From an uncultured Bacteroidota bacterium (GTDB taxonomy: Bacteria > Bacteroidota > Ignavibacteria > UBA10030 > UBA6906): a stretch of DNA of 64,000 nt. Both the position numbers and the translations under genes were made by a program. The notes beneath the pieces are model-generated. The model was given only the letters and a program-made list of their open reading frames with translations, ran no database searches and had not been told where the DNA came from. Shown one piece after another: positions 27,149 through 39,166 of this stretch. The stretch covers positions 224,001 to 288,000 of the forward strand of contig CAVOYH010000003.1 of NCBI GenBank assembly GCA_963700635.1, read 5' to 3'. Position 1 is the first letter of the stretch; the number at the start of each line of letters is the position of its first letter.

Positions 27149-30100
27149 TGCGCCTTCTCATGTGACAGGAGATAGGTGTCCAGTGCGGCTGTGACGGATG
27201 CAAATTCACGTTCGAGTTTTCCAATCAGATCGCCGGCTCCCTCTACCGATCCCGTTTTCCCGATCATCTGGAGGTCCTGGGCAACTGCCGCCATGCCCCG
27301 CGCACCGATGTTACCGCAGCTTCCCTTAAGCGCATGTGCCACCTGCCCGAGCACAACCGGATCACCTGTTTCCGATGCTACAACCAGCTGGACAATCCGT
27401 GATGAAGTGTCCTCTACAAATCGCTGCAGAATCAACGCAAGCCATTGAGGATCTTCTTCATCCCCGAGATCTGCCAGCTCATCCAGGCGTACGATGTCAA
27501 TGGCCAGGTCAGCCGGAGGGTGCACGTCAGGGACAGATAACGACGAATCGTTGTCATTTCTTTTCCCGCTCCATCGTTCAATCATGTTCCCCAGATCCTT
27601 TTGTCCCATCGGTTTCGAGATGTAATCATCCATCCCCGCCGCCAGACATTTTTCTTTTTCACCGTCTAATGCGTTTGCTGTCATGGCAATAATCACCGTA
27701 TGTTTGTGAGTCCCTTCCATTGTCCGTATTGTTGATGTGGCAGCAAACCCATCCAGTTCTGGCATCGTGCAGTCCATAAACACCAGATCATACGGAACCG
27801 TCAGCACGGCATTCACTGCTTCAAGGCCGTTTGCAACAACATCGGCGCGACATCCGATCTTCGTGAGCATACCGACTGCAACCTGCTGGTTCGCAGGATT
27901 ATCCTCGGCGACCAGAACACGAAGGGAACGTGGAACGGTTGTCGATGATATCGCCGCCGGGAGATCGTACCGGTCGGAGGGAGCGTCTCCGGATTCCGTC
28001 CGCTGCTGGAACAAGGGATGAAGCCCTTCACGTAGCGCTCGCTCGTTCACGGGATTTGTCAGAGACAGCATACCACCCGTCGTCTCTGGTTTTTTGCCGG
28101 TCAGCTTGCGAAACGTGGCAGTAAACCAGAATTCGCTTCCCTTTCCGTGCTCGCTGTTCACTCCGATCGTTCCCCCCATCAATTCGGCGAGCTGTTTCGA
28201 AATCATCAGACCCAGACCGGTCCCTCCGTACTTGCGGGTCGTCGACCCGTCCGTCTGTGAAAACGCGCGAAACAGCCGCGTGCGATCTTCCGGCGTAATG
28301 CCGATGCCGGTATCAGCCACCCCGAATCGCAGGTGAACATCCTCTGCGGTCTCAGCTTCCGGCGTTACGGTCACGGATACCTCCCCTGCGTCAGTGAACT
28401 TCACCGCGTTACTGACGAGGTTTACGAGTATCTGGCGCAGCCGGCCGGGATCTCCATGGAGAGTATCAGGCACGGTCTGGTACACGGCACAGGAAAGTTC
28501 GAGGTGCTTTTCGTGCGCGGTGGGGGCAAGCAAACCCACAGCCTCTTCAACAATGGTCCTCAGCTCAAAGTCCACACATTCCAGCGCCATTTTTCCAGCT
28601 TCAATCTTCGAGAAATCGAGAATCTCATTGATGATGGTCAGCAGCGCGCTTCCGGAAGTCCGGATGACCTCCGTAAACTCCCGCTGCTCCGGGGTGAGTG
28701 TCGTATCCAGCAGAAGGCCTGTCATGCCAATGACGCCGTTCATCGGCGTCCGGATTTCATGACTCATGTTTGCTACAAACTCGGATTTGAAGCGGGATGC
28801 CTGGACTGCCTCTTCTTTTGCCTGACGGAGTTCTACTGCCTGGACTTCAAGCAGGCGGGCCTGCTCTTCGGCTTTCGTTTTTGCTTCAAGCAGTCTGGCC
28901 GCATAGACGGCCAGAGCCTGTTCCGCTGTCTTTCGTTCCGTAATATCCCGGAACAGGCTCAAGAGCATGGCATCCTGCCCCTCGATTTCCACAAAAGCGT
29001 TCGAGACAGAAAACCAGACCCGGCGTTGATCCCAGAACGTCATTTCTGATTCAAAAAAGGGCTCCACCGTCCGCGTTTCGAACCGTTGTTTATACCGGTC
29101 TAGGATGTGACCCTCATCCCCTTGACAATAGAACGAGTCAATCATGCTGCCTTCCAATTGATCCCTCGGTTTCCCCACAAGGCGGCAGAAGGCCTCATTG
29201 ACCATCAAGACTTTTCCCTCAGGGTCGGTCAGCCGCATCCCCTCGAGCGAATTCTCCCACACCGATCGAAATTGCGCCTCTGATTGCCGGATATGCTCCT
29301 CAGCCTGCTGTCGCTCCGAGATGTCCCGGGAGACAATCACTGCACCCAGCCCCTGACCATCCCGGACGAGCCTGGATGATGTGAGGGACATCCAGAATTC
29401 AGTTCCTGTCTTGGTACGACCGACAAGATCACCACTCCATCCACCCCGGAGAGTTCCCCGCACGATCCCTCGGACCGTGTCACGAGAGATGCTCTGCGAA
29501 AGTAATTCCGCCACGTTCATTCCCACCGTCTCTTGCAACGAGTATCCGAATCGGTCAAGTGCCGCCCTGTTGACATATGTAATACGTCCACGTGTGTCCG
29601 TGATTACCACGAATTCCCCTATACATCTTGTGACATGCGCGAGGCGCTCAAGCTCCTCCTGAGAATGTGTTGATCCGGAGAATTCGCGAGCGGCATTGAA
29701 GACGTGTACCGACCCCGTTGCAACACCGCGGGCATCCACGACCGGGGTGACCGTTCGTTCGACTGCTGTTCTGCGGCCATCCCGGCCGATAAGGACCGTC
29801 TTCTGGCCGGAGCACGCGACATCATCCAGGTTGTAGAGCTCACTGACGTTCTGTCCCAGCGCCTCGGGTCGTGTCCAGCCGGTCATTCGTTCGGCGACGG
29901 GATTGATCAGGCAGACAACACCATGGACATCCGTCGTGATCACGCCTTCCGTAATGGACCCTAATGTCGCGACCATAAGATGTTCGTTTTGCTTGAGGAG
30001 CCGTTCGGTCGTATTTTTGTACAGTGCCATTTCGATCGTCGTGTGGAGTTCCCGTTCATCAAACGGCTTCAGGACGTAACCGAACGGACCTGTCACTTTC

Positions 30101-30381
30101 GCCCGGTGAAGGGTTATCTCATCCGAGTGTGCAGTCACAAATACAATCGGGACATCCCGGACTTTGAGTATCTCTTCGGCGGCCCTGATGCCATCGATCC
30201 CATCCCCGAGGGTGACATCCATGAGAATAATGTCCGGTCCCTTTTCCATCGCGGCGGTGATTGCTTCTTCACCTGAACTTGCCATGCCGACGACGGTATA
30301 CCCGAACCGTTCCAGACCATGCCGGATGTCGCAGGCGACAATACGTTCATCTTCGACAATAAGTATGTTCACGCTGGGCAT
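27145..30381 (-). CDS. Hybrid histidine kinase (REC, PAS x3, HisKA, HATPase, REC, Hpt)
   Basis: N-terminal ILIVEDE receiver, PAS repeats, [28 protein letters not shown], Hpt AHALKG. Likely start MPSVN at 30381 (track start 30561). Confidence 0.92.
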   Translation of the reverse strand: MPSVNILIVEDERIVACDIRHGLERFGYTVVGMASSGEEAITAAMEKGPDIILMDVTLGDGIDGIRAAEEILKVRDVPIVFVTAHSDEITLHRAKVTGPFGYVLKPFDERELHTTIEMALYKNTTERLLKQNEHLMVATLGSITEGVITTDVHGVVCLINPVAERMTGWTRPEALGQNVSELYNLDDVACSGQKTVLIGRDGRRTAVERTVTPVVDARGVATGSVHVFNAAREFSGSTHSQEELERLAHVTRCIGEFVVITDTRGRITYVNRAALDRFGYSLQETVGMNVAELLSQSISRDTVRGIVRGTLRGGWSGDLVGRTKTGTEFWMSLTSSRLVRDGQGLGAVIVSRDISERQQAEEHIRQSEAQFRSVWENSLEGMRLTDPEGKVLMVNEAFCRLVGKPRDQLEGSMIDSFYCQGDEGHILDRYKQRFETRTVEPFFESEMTFWDQRRVWFSVSNAFVEIEGQDAMLLSLFRDITERKTAEQALAVYAARLLEAKTKAEEQARLLEVQAVELRQAKEEAVQASRFKSEFVANMSHEIRTPMNGVIGMTGLLLDTTLTPEQREFTEVIRTSGSALLTIINEILDFSKIEAGKMALECVDFELRTIVEEAVGLLAPTAHEKHLELSCAVYQTVPDTLHGDPGRLRQILVNLVSNAVKFTDAGEVSVTVTPEAETAEDVHLRFGVADTGIGITPEDRTRLFRAFSQTDGSTTRKYGGTGLGLMISKQLAELMGGTIGVNSEHGKGSEFWFTATFRKLTGKKPETTGGMLSLTNPVNERALREGLHPLFQQRTESGDAPSDRYDLPAAISSTTVPRSLRVLVAEDNPANQQVAVGMLTKIGCRADVVANGLEAVNAVLTVPYDLVFMDCTMPELDGFAATSTIRTMEGTHKHTVIIAMTANALDGEKEKCLAAGMDDYISKPMGQKDLGNMIERWSGKRNDNDSSLSVPDVHPPADLAIDIVRLDELADLGDEEDPQWLALILQRFVEDTSSRIVQLVVASETGDPVVLGQVAHALKGSCGNIGARGMAAVAQDLQMIGKTGSVEGAGDLIGKLEREFASVTAALDTYLLSHEKAQ

Positions 30382-30677
30382 GGGCTCTCTGACCAGTAAT
30401 GGGATCAGGGCGGGATCGAGGACCTGTTGATGCGATCTCCGCCACGTGAGTTCTCCTCTAATGCCATGCCAAGGGGAAGTCGCCCGGAATTGGTCAGGAG
30501 TGTTGGTTTTTCGCCGATTCAACTGGATCTGAGGGGCAAGGCAACCCCGGAGTGGGCGCATCGGAGGAGTGAAACGTTGTTGGTGGTTAGCTGTAGCCAG
30601 ATGGATGAAACACCGGGGTGGTTCCGTGAATGGGGTTCCCGCCGGGGGCGGTGGATGTGTTTCGGAAGTCGTCCGGA

Positions 30678-30881
30678 TTACGAGGGAGCATATTCAAGGG
30701 GTGGTGAGATTTCCAGCGTCCTCTGATTCTCGATCGGATCTTCATCACGGTCGTCGTCGAGGGAAAAGTACCTGCAATCAGTAAAGTGAGCCGGGCCGTT
30801 ATCGTCCCATACATGGCTGCATTCGGCACATCGTTCGATTTCTTCAAGAGCGGGAAATCGGTGTTCAGTGCGTGGCTTCAT
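30678..30881 (-). CDS. Small Cys/His-containing hypothetical protein
   Basis: AGAGGG RBS before the ATG; RCAECSH....H...CRYF; overlaps the end of the upstream REC gene. Confidence 0.45.
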   Translation of the reverse strand: MKPRTEHRFPALEEIERCAECSHVWDDNGPAHFTDCRYFSLDDDRDEDPIENQRTLEISPPLEYAPS

Positions 30882-31284
30882 AGTTCCCTCTCTGCTCTGA
30901 TGGGGACATGAGGTGTTGATGGAGCGAGCTCATGTCGTGTGGTTTGCACAGGACATCCTCGATGGAGGCTGCGTGTGCCTGTTCCCGCACGAAGCGGGGA
31001 AGATATCCGGACATAAGGATCATTCGGGCGCGAACGTTACGCGCTTGCAGCATCTGCGCCAACTCTATTCCGTTCATCCCCGGGAGGTAATAGTCTATGA
31101 GCACGACATCCACACTCGACCAGGTAGCTTCCCGCAGCGCGTCTTCTGCTGTTGCGACACCACAGGTCTCAAACCCCAGCGATGAGAGATATGTCATCAG
31201 GGCTTTTCGAAAAAGCTGATCGTCCTCAACAATGAGAATTGTCCGCAGCCGCTCCGGAGATGTCCGATCCTGTAAATTCACCAT
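30865..31284 (-). CDS. Single-domain response regulator (REC)
   Basis: ILIVEDD, LIDYYLPGMNG, MSG and KP motifs; GGAGG RBS before ATG 31284. Confidence 0.88.
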   Translation of the reverse strand: MVNLQDRTSPERLRTILIVEDDQLFRKALMTYLSSLGFETCGVATAEDALREATWSSVDVVLIDYYLPGMNGIELAQMLQARNVRARMILMSGYLPRFVREQAHAASIEDVLCKPHDMSSLHQHLMSPSEQRGNYEATH

Positions 31285-31310
31285 ACCTCCCGTATTCTCT
31301 GAACATCGAA

Positions 31311-31327
31311 TTCCAAAAGGCATGCCA
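31311..31327 (-). promoter_or_regulatory. Possible sigma54 promoter upstream of the single-domain REC gene
   Basis: TGGCATGCCTTTTGGAA; good -24, degenerate -12 (TTGG). Confidence 0.4.
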
Positions 31328-31505
31328 GCCCTGGTCGGGGTGGAAAAATGGTGAACCACGTCACTTTCAGCAGGTTCTTGGTGTTCGACAATTGTTAAAA
31401 GGTAACAGGGCGTGCTGAATATCAGCCACTTGAGCGGAAGGGCCGCGGAAAAGAAGGTGTTATGGAGAGCGGTGAGGCCTGAACAGACCTTTATTTTTTG
31501 GCTGG

Positions 31506-34154
31506 CTATTTATCCCCATCCAGAACATTGCGTACAAGCTGGACAAAGGCCTCGGGATGAAATGGTTTTTGAATGGCCTGCAGTTGTTCCTCTTCGAGTA
31601 AGGCGGAAATTACCTGGTCAGGCATGTACCCCGTGCAGAAGAAAGCCTTTAAGTCAGGCCGGATCTTCTTGAGCTCGATGTACGTCTGGCCGCCGTCCAT
31701 CCCGGGCATCACAAGATCGAGCACAACCAGCCTGACGTCGTCGGGTTGCCGACGGAAAATCTCCACCGCCTCCTGTCCGGTGCTTGCGATGAGCACCGTG
31801 TACCCCTGTTCTTCAAGAAGCTCACGTCCGAGTTCCTGCATGGATTCTTCGTCATCAACAATGAGCACGGTTTCGGTGCTGTCTGAGGTCACCAGAGGCG
31901 CCTTCTGGACCGGGGCACGTTCCGGAGCCCCATCCACGGCCGAGAAGTACACATGAAATGTCGTTCCCTGTCCCTCTTCGCTGTCTACAACAATGATACC
32001 CCGGTGATTACGGATGATGCTATAGACCACCGAAAGTCCAAGACCGGTTCCCCGCCCGCGTTCTTTGGTCGTAAAAAAAGGATCGAAGATATGTTCCCGT
32101 ATTTTTTCCGGGATCCCCATGCCGTCATCACTGACGCGGATCTCCACATAGTGTTCAGCGGTTGAGGAGAGCATGAGGGAGCTGACACGGTCGCCGACCC
32201 GCCCGTTCAAGACCTCGAGGGAAATGGTGCCCGTGGCATTCCCTCCCTTCGCCATAATCGCGTCGCGGGCGTTCACGCAGAGATTGAGCAAGACCTGATA
32301 CAACTCCCCGTGATCTCCGAGGATTGCTCTGATATCGTCATCGATGTGCCGTGTGATCGTAATGCTGCGGGGAAAGGTTTCGACGCATAAACCGTGCACT
32401 TCATCCACGATTTGTGACACATTTACCGTAACACTCTCTCGCTTCGCCTTTCGGGCAAACGAAAGCAGCTGGGCTGAAAGCTCAGCACCCCGGGTGGCTG
32501 ATTTTTCGATCGTGGCGCTGTACTTAAGAACCTTCTCGGGCTCCTGTGCATGCTTCTTGATCTGAAGAACAAATCCGATGACATTGTTAAGAATATTGTT
32601 GAAATCATGGGCAATACCACTGGCCAGCGTGCCGATACTTTCCATCTTGTGGGACTGCCGGACTTGTTCCTCGAGTTTTTTCCGTTCCGTAATATCGTAG
32701 ATATACCCCTTGTATTCAGCGAGCTGGTCATCCGTCGAGACCGTAGCGATCGCGTTTGTAACGACATGAATCACCTGGCCGTCCGGCCGGACAAGATCAA
32801 GTTCGTATTCTTCCACGCGGCCGCGTGTGCGAAGGATGTCAAAAAATGTATCCCGCGCTTCAGGCCACGAAAACAGGGAGAGCACGTTACACTGCATTGC
32901 ACTCACGACCGACGCAAATCCGAGAATTCGAGCAAACGCGGGGTTACAGTCAAGGAGAGTGCCATCGATACGGGCAATAAAATCGCCGGTCAGATCTTCC
33001 TCGAAGAACCGCCTGTACCGCTCTTCACTCTCCCGCAGATCGTTTTCCGCCTTGAGGCGGTCCGTGATATCCCGGATGATGACCGTGTACAGTCGTTCTC
33101 CGAGTGTTTCAATTTGCGAGATGGACGCCTCCATGTGGAACTCTGTTCCATCGGCCCGGAGCCCGAGAACGGCATCGGATTCGCCCATCCGGCGTTTGGT
33201 CGCACCCGATTTGCCAAACATTTCGATGTGCCTGGCGTGGGCTTCGCGGAATCGCTCCGGCAGGAACACGTCAAGGTCTTTGCCCACCGCATGTGCGGCA
33301 GAGCACCGGAACATATGTTCTGCAGCGGTGTTAAACACCACAATGCGACGCGCACTGTTGATCGTAATGATGGCGTCCATCGCGGATGCGATGATCCCTG
33401 CGGTGCGTGCTTCGCTCAACCGGAGAGCATCTTCCGCGCGGCGCTGTTCGGTCACATCCCGGAAGACAACAACGATACCGTTGGTCTCACCCCGATCATC
33501 CTTGATCGGGGCGGCACTTTCTTCAACAGGAATCCGTTTCCCCGTCTTGCTGATGAGCACGGTCGTCCCACCATTCCGTGTATCTACGGGCTCAAAGGCA
33601 GTCTGGAACACATCGGCCAGCTGCCGCCCGGTCGCGCCTTCGAGGGTCCAGCCGGTCAGTTGTTCTGCAACCGGATTCATGAACGTTATTGCACCACGGG
33701 TATCCGCCGCGATAATAGCATCCCCGATGCTGCGCAGCGTGGTGGCAAGCCAGCGCTCGCTCTCGCGCAAACGGGCTTCCATCCGGTGTTTGTACAACGC
33801 CATCTCGATGGTGATCGAGAGCTCCCTCTCCTCAAAGGGTTTCAGGATATACCCGAATGCATCGGTGACCTTCGCCCGCTGGAGCGTATTCTCGTCGGCA
33901 TAGGCGGTGAGGTACACGATCGGGAGGTCGAAAAGGGTCCGTATCCTGTCGGCTGCGGTAATGCCGTCAACGTCACCCTTGAGCATGATGTCCATAAGCA
34001 CAAGGTCCGGCCGATGCCGCCCCGCTTCTTCAATGGCCTCTTTTGCGGTCGCAGCAATTGCCACCACCGTGTAACCGCGGCGCTTCAGCCGGGTTGCGAT
34101 GTCCTTTGCAACAATATGTTCGTCTTCAACAACAAGGATGGACGCGGGGGTCAT
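31506..34154 (-). CDS. Hybrid histidine kinase, CckA-like (REC, PAS x3, HisKA, HATPase, REC)
   Basis: [19 protein letters not shown] and [15 protein letters not shown] motifs; receiver domains at both termini. Confidence 0.92.
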   Translation of the reverse strand: MTPASILVVEDEHIVAKDIATRLKRRGYTVVAIAATAKEAIEEAGRHRPDLVLMDIMLKGDVDGITAADRIRTLFDLPIVYLTAYADENTLQRAKVTDAFGYILKPFEERELSITIEMALYKHRMEARLRESERWLATTLRSIGDAIIAADTRGAITFMNPVAEQLTGWTLEGATGRQLADVFQTAFEPVDTRNGGTTVLISKTGKRIPVEESAAPIKDDRGETNGIVVVFRDVTEQRRAEDALRLSEARTAGIIASAMDAIITINSARRIVVFNTAAEHMFRCSAAHAVGKDLDVFLPERFREAHARHIEMFGKSGATKRRMGESDAVLGLRADGTEFHMEASISQIETLGERLYTVIIRDITDRLKAENDLRESEERYRRFFEEDLTGDFIARIDGTLLDCNPAFARILGFASVVSAMQCNVLSLFSWPEARDTFFDILRTRGRVEEYELDLVRPDGQVIHVVTNAIATVSTDDQLAEYKGYIYDITERKKLEEQVRQSHKMESIGTLASGIAHDFNNILNNVIGFVLQIKKHAQEPEKVLKYSATIEKSATRGAELSAQLLSFARKAKRESVTVNVSQIVDEVHGLCVETFPRSITITRHIDDDIRAILGDHGELYQVLLNLCVNARDAIMAKGGNATGTISLEVLNGRVGDRVSSLMLSSTAEHYVEIRVSDDGMGIPEKIREHIFDPFFTTKERGRGTGLGLSVVYSIIRNHRGIIVVDSEEGQGTTFHVYFSAVDGAPERAPVQKAPLVTSDSTETVLIVDDEESMQELGRELLEEQGYTVLIASTGQEAVEIFRRQPDDVRLVVLDLVMPGMDGGQTYIELKKIRPDLKAFFCTGYMPDQVISALLEEEQLQAIQKPFHPEAFVQLVRNVLDGDK

Positions 34155-34209
34155 TCCTGTGTGCTCCGGGTATTGGAAAATATGGGATCACTCGCACGGT
34201 GCTCATGCA

Positions 34210-35457
34210 TCACTCCCCCCCCGGGGTTTTTTCAACGTACTCAGGGTACAACCTTTTCATGCACTCCGGACATAAACCGTGACTGAATTCCGCTTGTGTA
34301 TGTTCTGTGAGATACCGTTCCACCTGGGTCCAGTATCCGTGATCGTCACGGATCATCTTGCACGAAGAACAGATGGGTAACAGTCCGCTGAGCGTCTTGA
34401 CGTTGGCGATGGCGTTCAGAAGATCGTCCTGGATACGCCGGCGCTGCGAGAGTTCTTCCTGCAGGGCGGCGGTCCTGTCGTTCACCCGGATTTCCAGATC
34501 AATGCCGATCCGCTGTAATTCCTCTGCCGAGTGACGGCGTTCGGTGGTTGCTGCTCCCAGGAGCAACCCGGTAACAGCAACCGCAGCGGCATATCCGTAG
34601 AAAAATACCATTGCCACGTTGACACTCTGGTCGGCAAATGGTCCTTCGCCCCGCACGGCACCCCAGATCGCCAGCAGGATTGTGAGTGCGATCGTGGCCG
34701 TGGCGCCCCGTTGGCCAAATCGTAATGCCGCCCAGATGACAAACGGGAAGGAGAGGAATGAGAGCGATTGGCTGTATTCTGAGGGCAGCACACCGCCGTA
34801 CACCAGAAATACCGCGGGAAGCACCGTGAGCACAAGAACGGTTGCCTCGGCAAACCGCACGCGCGTCCACGGTTGTTCCGACCGGACCGACCACGACAGG
34901 AGCAACGCACCACAGATCAATATGCCCATTGCATCACAAAGCCACCAGGTCCGCCAGGCCCTGCCTGCGTCCATCCACGGGACGATCCCATTGATTCCCA
35001 GGCCCAGCGTGCCGATGGTCGCGCCCACCATGGCGGCAATCGCAACGCCAAAGACAAGGAACCCGAGAACGTCACGCACCCGCCCGAGATCATGTCTGAA
35101 TTTTGTTGCGTTCCGGAGAAAAAACGCACCGAGTGTCGCCTCGATGAGATTCGCCACAGCAGTCGTCAGGGCCAGAAGAACAGGGCCACCATTCACCAGC
35201 GTAGCGGCGACCGAACCGAGAATGATCGCCGGCCAGACACGGAATCCAAAAAGAACAATCGCTGCCAGGCCAACGCCTGAGGCCAGCCAGACGAGAGTGA
35301 GGTTCTGAAATACGGGGGCAAAACGAAGCCCGAGCGTAGCGGTTCCGATATAGGTAAGGACAACCGCCAGTTGGACGAACAGCCGATGCCGGTCTAACCA
35401 CAAAATGACAGGCAAACGGTCGATCGGTTCTCCTAACGTTGTGTCAGGGTCAGACAC
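34210..35457 (-). CDS. MASE1 membrane sensor with C-terminal Cys4 domain (no kinase domain)
   Basis: About 8 TM with W..SG, WWLCDAMG and WAALRFG (MASE1); coiled coil; LSGLLPICSSCKMIRDD.GYW..VE.Y...FSHGLCPEC. Confidence 0.88.
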   Translation of the reverse strand: MSDPDTTLGEPIDRLPVILWLDRHRLFVQLAVVLTYIGTATLGLRFAPVFQNLTLVWLASGVGLAAIVLFGFRVWPAIILGSVAATLVNGGPVLLALTTAVANLIEATLGAFFLRNATKFRHDLGRVRDVLGFLVFGVAIAAMVGATIGTLGLGINGIVPWMDAGRAWRTWWLCDAMGILICGALLLSWSVRSEQPWTRVRFAEATVLVLTVLPAVFLVYGGVLPSEYSQSLSFLSFPFVIWAALRFGQRGATATIALTILLAIWGAVRGEGPFADQSVNVAMVFFYGYAAAVAVTGLLLGAATTERRHSAEELQRIGIDLEIRVNDRTAALQEELSQRRRIQDDLLNAIANVKTLSGLLPICSSCKMIRDDHGYWTQVERYLTEHTQAEFSHGLCPECMKRLYPEYVEKTPGGE

Positions 35458-36542
35458 AGGCTCTCCAGTTTGTTCCCAAGTCCGCGGTACGCAAGACCGG
35501 ACACGTGTACTCCCTTATGCCCCCCCCCGCGTACCCCCAGGCGGAGCGGTCGTGCCTCCAGAATCGCCGCATGTTCAAAGTGAAGGCAGATCTTCTGCTC
35601 GTCTTCTGCCGACATCAACAATTCGCGGAGAGGAAGACCACACAACTCCCCGGCAGTCCATCCTGTGAGTGTCTCCACCGCCGGCGTAACACCCACGATA
35701 GTCCCTTTGGCATCCGTATGGAGGCTTGCTTCACCCGGCGTTCCTGACCCTGTGGCGTCCGGTGACCGGCTTTCAACCGGAATGGATGGCACCGCGGGCG
35801 TGCGGACCCGGCTATCAAGAATACATTGTGTCATCTCGTACATGCCGCGGTGATCAACGGCGATATTCCCCTTAAACGCACCGGAGCGAACTGTGCCATC
35901 CTTGAGAACCACATCCAGGACCACAGTATCGGTAGCGGGCGAGTGGCGGAATTGGGTCACGTTCGCGACGAAGCGGTCAACACTCGAGGGGATAAGGAAT
36001 TCTCCAAACCAGCGCCCGATGACTTCGTCCGGAGTGAATCCGAACAGCTCAAGCCAGGCCTTATTCACCCGGAGTAGATGGCCATCGGCATCAATCGACT
36101 GGAAGGGCACCGGAGCATTCTCGAACAGAAGACGGAACCGTTCCTCGCTTTCGCGCAGCCGTTTTTCCGATTGATGTTTATACAGCGCCATTTCAATGGT
36201 TGAGTATAATCCGCGTTCATCAAACGGTTTCAGAATATATCCGAATGCTTCCGTTACCTTCGCCCGCGCCAGGGTGGCTTCATCAGATGAGGCAGTGATG
36301 TACACCACCGGTATATCAAACCGATCCCGGATCTGCTCCGCTGCCTGGATACCATCCATGTCTCCCGGCAGGAGTATGTCCATCACAACAAGATCCGGCC
36401 GTGTCGCTTCACACCGCTGAACAGCATCCCGGCCCGTCGTGGCCCGGCCACCGATCGTATACCCGAGTGTTGTAAGCCAGTGGGCGAGGTCTTCGGCGAC
36501 GATAAGTTCGTCCTCGACCACCATAATGGTTTTCTTACGCAT
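35433..36542 (-). CDS. Response regulator with PAS domains (REC-PAS-PAS)
   Basis: IMVVEDE, MDI and KPF receiver motifs; two PAS-like domains; no output domain. Confidence 0.85.
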   Translation of the reverse strand: MRKKTIMVVEDELIVAEDLAHWLTTLGYTIGGRATTGRDAVQRCEATRPDLVVMDILLPGDMDGIQAAEQIRDRFDIPVVYITASSDEATLARAKVTEAFGYILKPFDERGLYSTIEMALYKHQSEKRLRESEERFRLLFENAPVPFQSIDADGHLLRVNKAWLELFGFTPDEVIGRWFGEFLIPSSVDRFVANVTQFRHSPATDTVVLDVVLKDGTVRSGAFKGNIAVDHRGMYEMTQCILDSRVRTPAVPSIPVESRSPDATGSGTPGEASLHTDAKGTIVGVTPAVETLTGWTAGELCGLPLRELLMSAEDEQKICLHFEHAAILEARPLRLGVRGGGHKGVHVSGLAYRGLGNKLESLCLTLTQR

Positions 36543-36551
36543 GCGCCCTCA

Positions 36552-39164
36552 TCATTTTCGGAATGCCATAATAAACTCAGCACCGGGCCCCCTCTGCTGC
36601 AAAGTCATCTCACCCTGAACCTGGTCCGCCAGCATCCGGATCAAGGTGAGACCGAGACTGTCGGATGTCTCAAAATCGATGGATACCGGAAACCCGATGC
36701 CGTTGTCGCGCACCGCAAGCTGGACACGGTCGTCACTGACCGGGTGCAGGTCAATGTCAATCCTACCACCCCGCCCTTCCGGAAACGCATATTTCAGGGC
36801 ATTGGTCACGAGTTCGTTCACGATGATGCCGCACGGGATCGCCCGGTCAACGGCCAACAGCACCCGGCTGGCATTCACGTTGAGGAGGACGCCATGGGCA
36901 CCGATTCCGTAGGACCGGAAAAGTTGTGCTGTCAATTCACGCAGGTAGTCCCCGAAATCAATCTCTGCGAGATTCCGTGATTGGTACAACTTTTCATGAA
37001 TCAAGGCCATCGATTTGACCCGGTTCTGGCTTTCCTTGAACAACTTCACCATCTCCTGGTCTTTCAGGTACTCCGATTGCAGGCTCAGCAAGCTCGAGAT
37101 GACCTGCAGATTGTTCTTGACGCGGTGGTGAATCTCTTTGAGAAGGACTTCCTTTTCCCGGAGTGATGACCGGAGTTCCTCTTCGGCGACCCGGCGGGCT
37201 GTAATATCACGTGCCACACCTACCATCGCAACGGGTTCATTTTCGTCGTTACGCACCACCGACGTCCAGAATTCCACCGGAAAGAGACTGCCATCGGCGC
37301 GGCGATTCATGAGCTCGCCATACCATCCATCGGTCAGCGTCTGCTCCTTACTCTGCGCCAGCTCTTGCGCCACCGTTGATTCGGGACGTATTTTGGCAAT
37401 GTCACTTCCGAGAAGTTCATCTTCCGTGTAGCCGTATGTCGAGAGGAAAGCATCGTTGACAAAGAGAATCCTGTCGTTCAGGTCTGTGATGCTCACACTA
37501 TCGCGCGTGCTGGTGATCGTATGGGCCAGGAGCCGCAGTTCCCGTTCGGCGTCTTTACGTTCAGTGATATCGCTCAGACTCCCCCACACCCGTACCAACG
37601 CGCCGTTTTCAATTGTCCCTGCAAGATTGTGCAGAACGTGCCGGTGTGCACCATCCTGAGCAACCAGATGGTCCTCCCAATTACTCAGGCGATATCCGGA
37701 TTGCACAAACGTTGTGAGGGTCTTGTGCTCCTCGATAGTGTCCGCCTGGAGCAGAGTTTTGAATGGCATGCCGATGATGGTGCTTGGCTGATCGAACCCG
37801 AACAGGCGGGCCAGGGACGGGTTACATTCCGCAACATACGCATGGTTCAGGATACGCTGGACCTGCTCCTCGACGGGCAGCGTGCAGGGAATGGCTTTTT
37901 CCGTTTCAATGCGCCAGATCCCCTCGTTGCTGTTCTCCACAAACGTCCGGTACCGCTCCTCGCTCTCCCGCAGGCGCTGTTCAGATTTCTTGCGGTCGGT
38001 GATATCGCGTGACAGAGTTGCGACGGCAGCAACGGCGCCGCCCGCATCCTTCATCGGTGAGATTTGATCCAGGAACCAGTGGGTCTGACCATCCCAATCC
38101 ATGCGTGTTTCTTCAGCAAATCCCTGACCCGTTTCGACGACCCTCCGGATCCGGTTCAGCATTGAATCAGAGGCGTTCCTCCCGGAGGGGTTTCCAGCCA
38201 ATATCCCGTGCACCCGTGCCATACAGGGTCCCAAACGATGGGAGTCGTTGGTGAAGAGATACCGGCCATCGGGATCCTGAAGGACAACCAGCTCATCCGT
38301 ATTTTCCGCCAGGGCACGCAGACGGCTTTCGTCCGGATACCCTGAAACGCGTGCCATTTCCGGAGCGGGCATGTCGCTCACCTCTTCGGGCAACGCTACG
38401 AGAATACACGTTTCTCCGGAGGCAACAACGCGGCATCGGATCGGCCGGTCGGGCTGTGCGAGCAGACCGAGCGATTCCAGAGTTGACGACGTCCCCGCCG
38501 ATCTCACGGATTCAATCACCGCCCGCACCTGCGAGAGTCCTTCGGTTGTAAGAACTGTTTCCAGCTGGAGGCCGATCGTTTCCGTCGCCGGTATACCCGT
38601 ACAACATTCCGCAGCTCGGTTCCAGAAGACAATCTCCTCTTCGCGCCCGATGCCGATGCACATTTCATCCATGGCAGCCACCAGCGTGTGCAGGCGAGCC
38701 GATGCGAGACCGGCCGCACGCTCGGCGGTATGCCGCGGTGTGATGTCGGTGATGACACTGACGTATCCTGCACATCGTGACTTGTTAAACCGGGGGTTCC
38801 CCGTGAACAGCAACCAGCGGTAGTCTCCCTCCCGGTTGCGGTACCGGCATTCAAACCTGAATGGTTGTCGGGCGCGCACCGCGGCGGAAAACGATGCGAT
38901 CGCCTGTGCACGGTCCTCCGGATGCAGGAACATGTGCCATCGGTCGCCGCGCAAAGAGGCGATCGTGGTTCCGGCGAAGGACACAAAGGATGTATTGGCA
39001 TACGTCAGTCCCCCGCCGGGATCGATCATCACGATCATGCCGGGAACCTCTTCAGCAAGCGCACGCAGTGCAATCCGGGGGGAGCCCGTCATCAGCGTTT
39101 TCCCCCGTTGCCGAGTTTGCCCGGTTTGTCTCGTGACGGTTTTTCTGCGCCGGCTTTCGCCCAT
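36552..39164 (-). CDS. Multi-PAS histidine kinase, HisKA_2/HWE type
   Basis: [37 protein letters not shown] and SLGL motifs; about 5 PAS domains. Confidence 0.93.
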   Translation of the reverse strand: MGESRRRKTVTRQTGQTRQRGKTLMTGSPRIALRALAEEVPGMIVMIDPGGGLTYANTSFVSFAGTTIASLRGDRWHMFLHPEDRAQAIASFSAAVRARQPFRFECRYRNREGDYRWLLFTGNPRFNKSRCAGYVSVITDITPRHTAERAAGLASARLHTLVAAMDEMCIGIGREEEIVFWNRAAECCTGIPATETIGLQLETVLTTEGLSQVRAVIESVRSAGTSSTLESLGLLAQPDRPIRCRVVASGETCILVALPEEVSDMPAPEMARVSGYPDESRLRALAENTDELVVLQDPDGRYLFTNDSHRLGPCMARVHGILAGNPSGRNASDSMLNRIRRVVETGQGFAEETRMDWDGQTHWFLDQISPMKDAGGAVAAVATLSRDITDRKKSEQRLRESEERYRTFVENSNEGIWRIETEKAIPCTLPVEEQVQRILNHAYVAECNPSLARLFGFDQPSTIIGMPFKTLLQADTIEEHKTLTTFVQSGYRLSNWEDHLVAQDGAHRHVLHNLAGTIENGALVRVWGSLSDITERKDAERELRLLAHTITSTRDSVSITDLNDRILFVNDAFLSTYGYTEDELLGSDIAKIRPESTVAQELAQSKEQTLTDGWYGELMNRRADGSLFPVEFWTSVVRNDENEPVAMVGVARDITARRVAEEELRSSLREKEVLLKEIHHRVKNNLQVISSLLSLQSEYLKDQEMVKLFKESQNRVKSMALIHEKLYQSRNLAEIDFGDYLRELTAQLFRSYGIGAHGVLLNVNASRVLLAVDRAIPCGIIVNELVTNALKYAFPEGRGGRIDIDLHPVSDDRVQLAVRDNGIGFPVSIDFETSDSLGLTLIRMLADQVQGEMTLQQRGPGAEFIMAFRK

Positions 39165-39166
39165 GG

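Noticed and set aside
30587-30847. Alternative 86-aa ORF overlapping 30678..30881
   Set aside because: No clear RBS or motifs; the competing frame has an RBS and a Cys/His pattern.
31414-31431. GCTGAATATCAGCC as another enhancer copy
   Set aside because: Only 10/14 match and an 87-bp offset rather than 74. It resembles an IHF site equally well, so it is too ambiguous to call.
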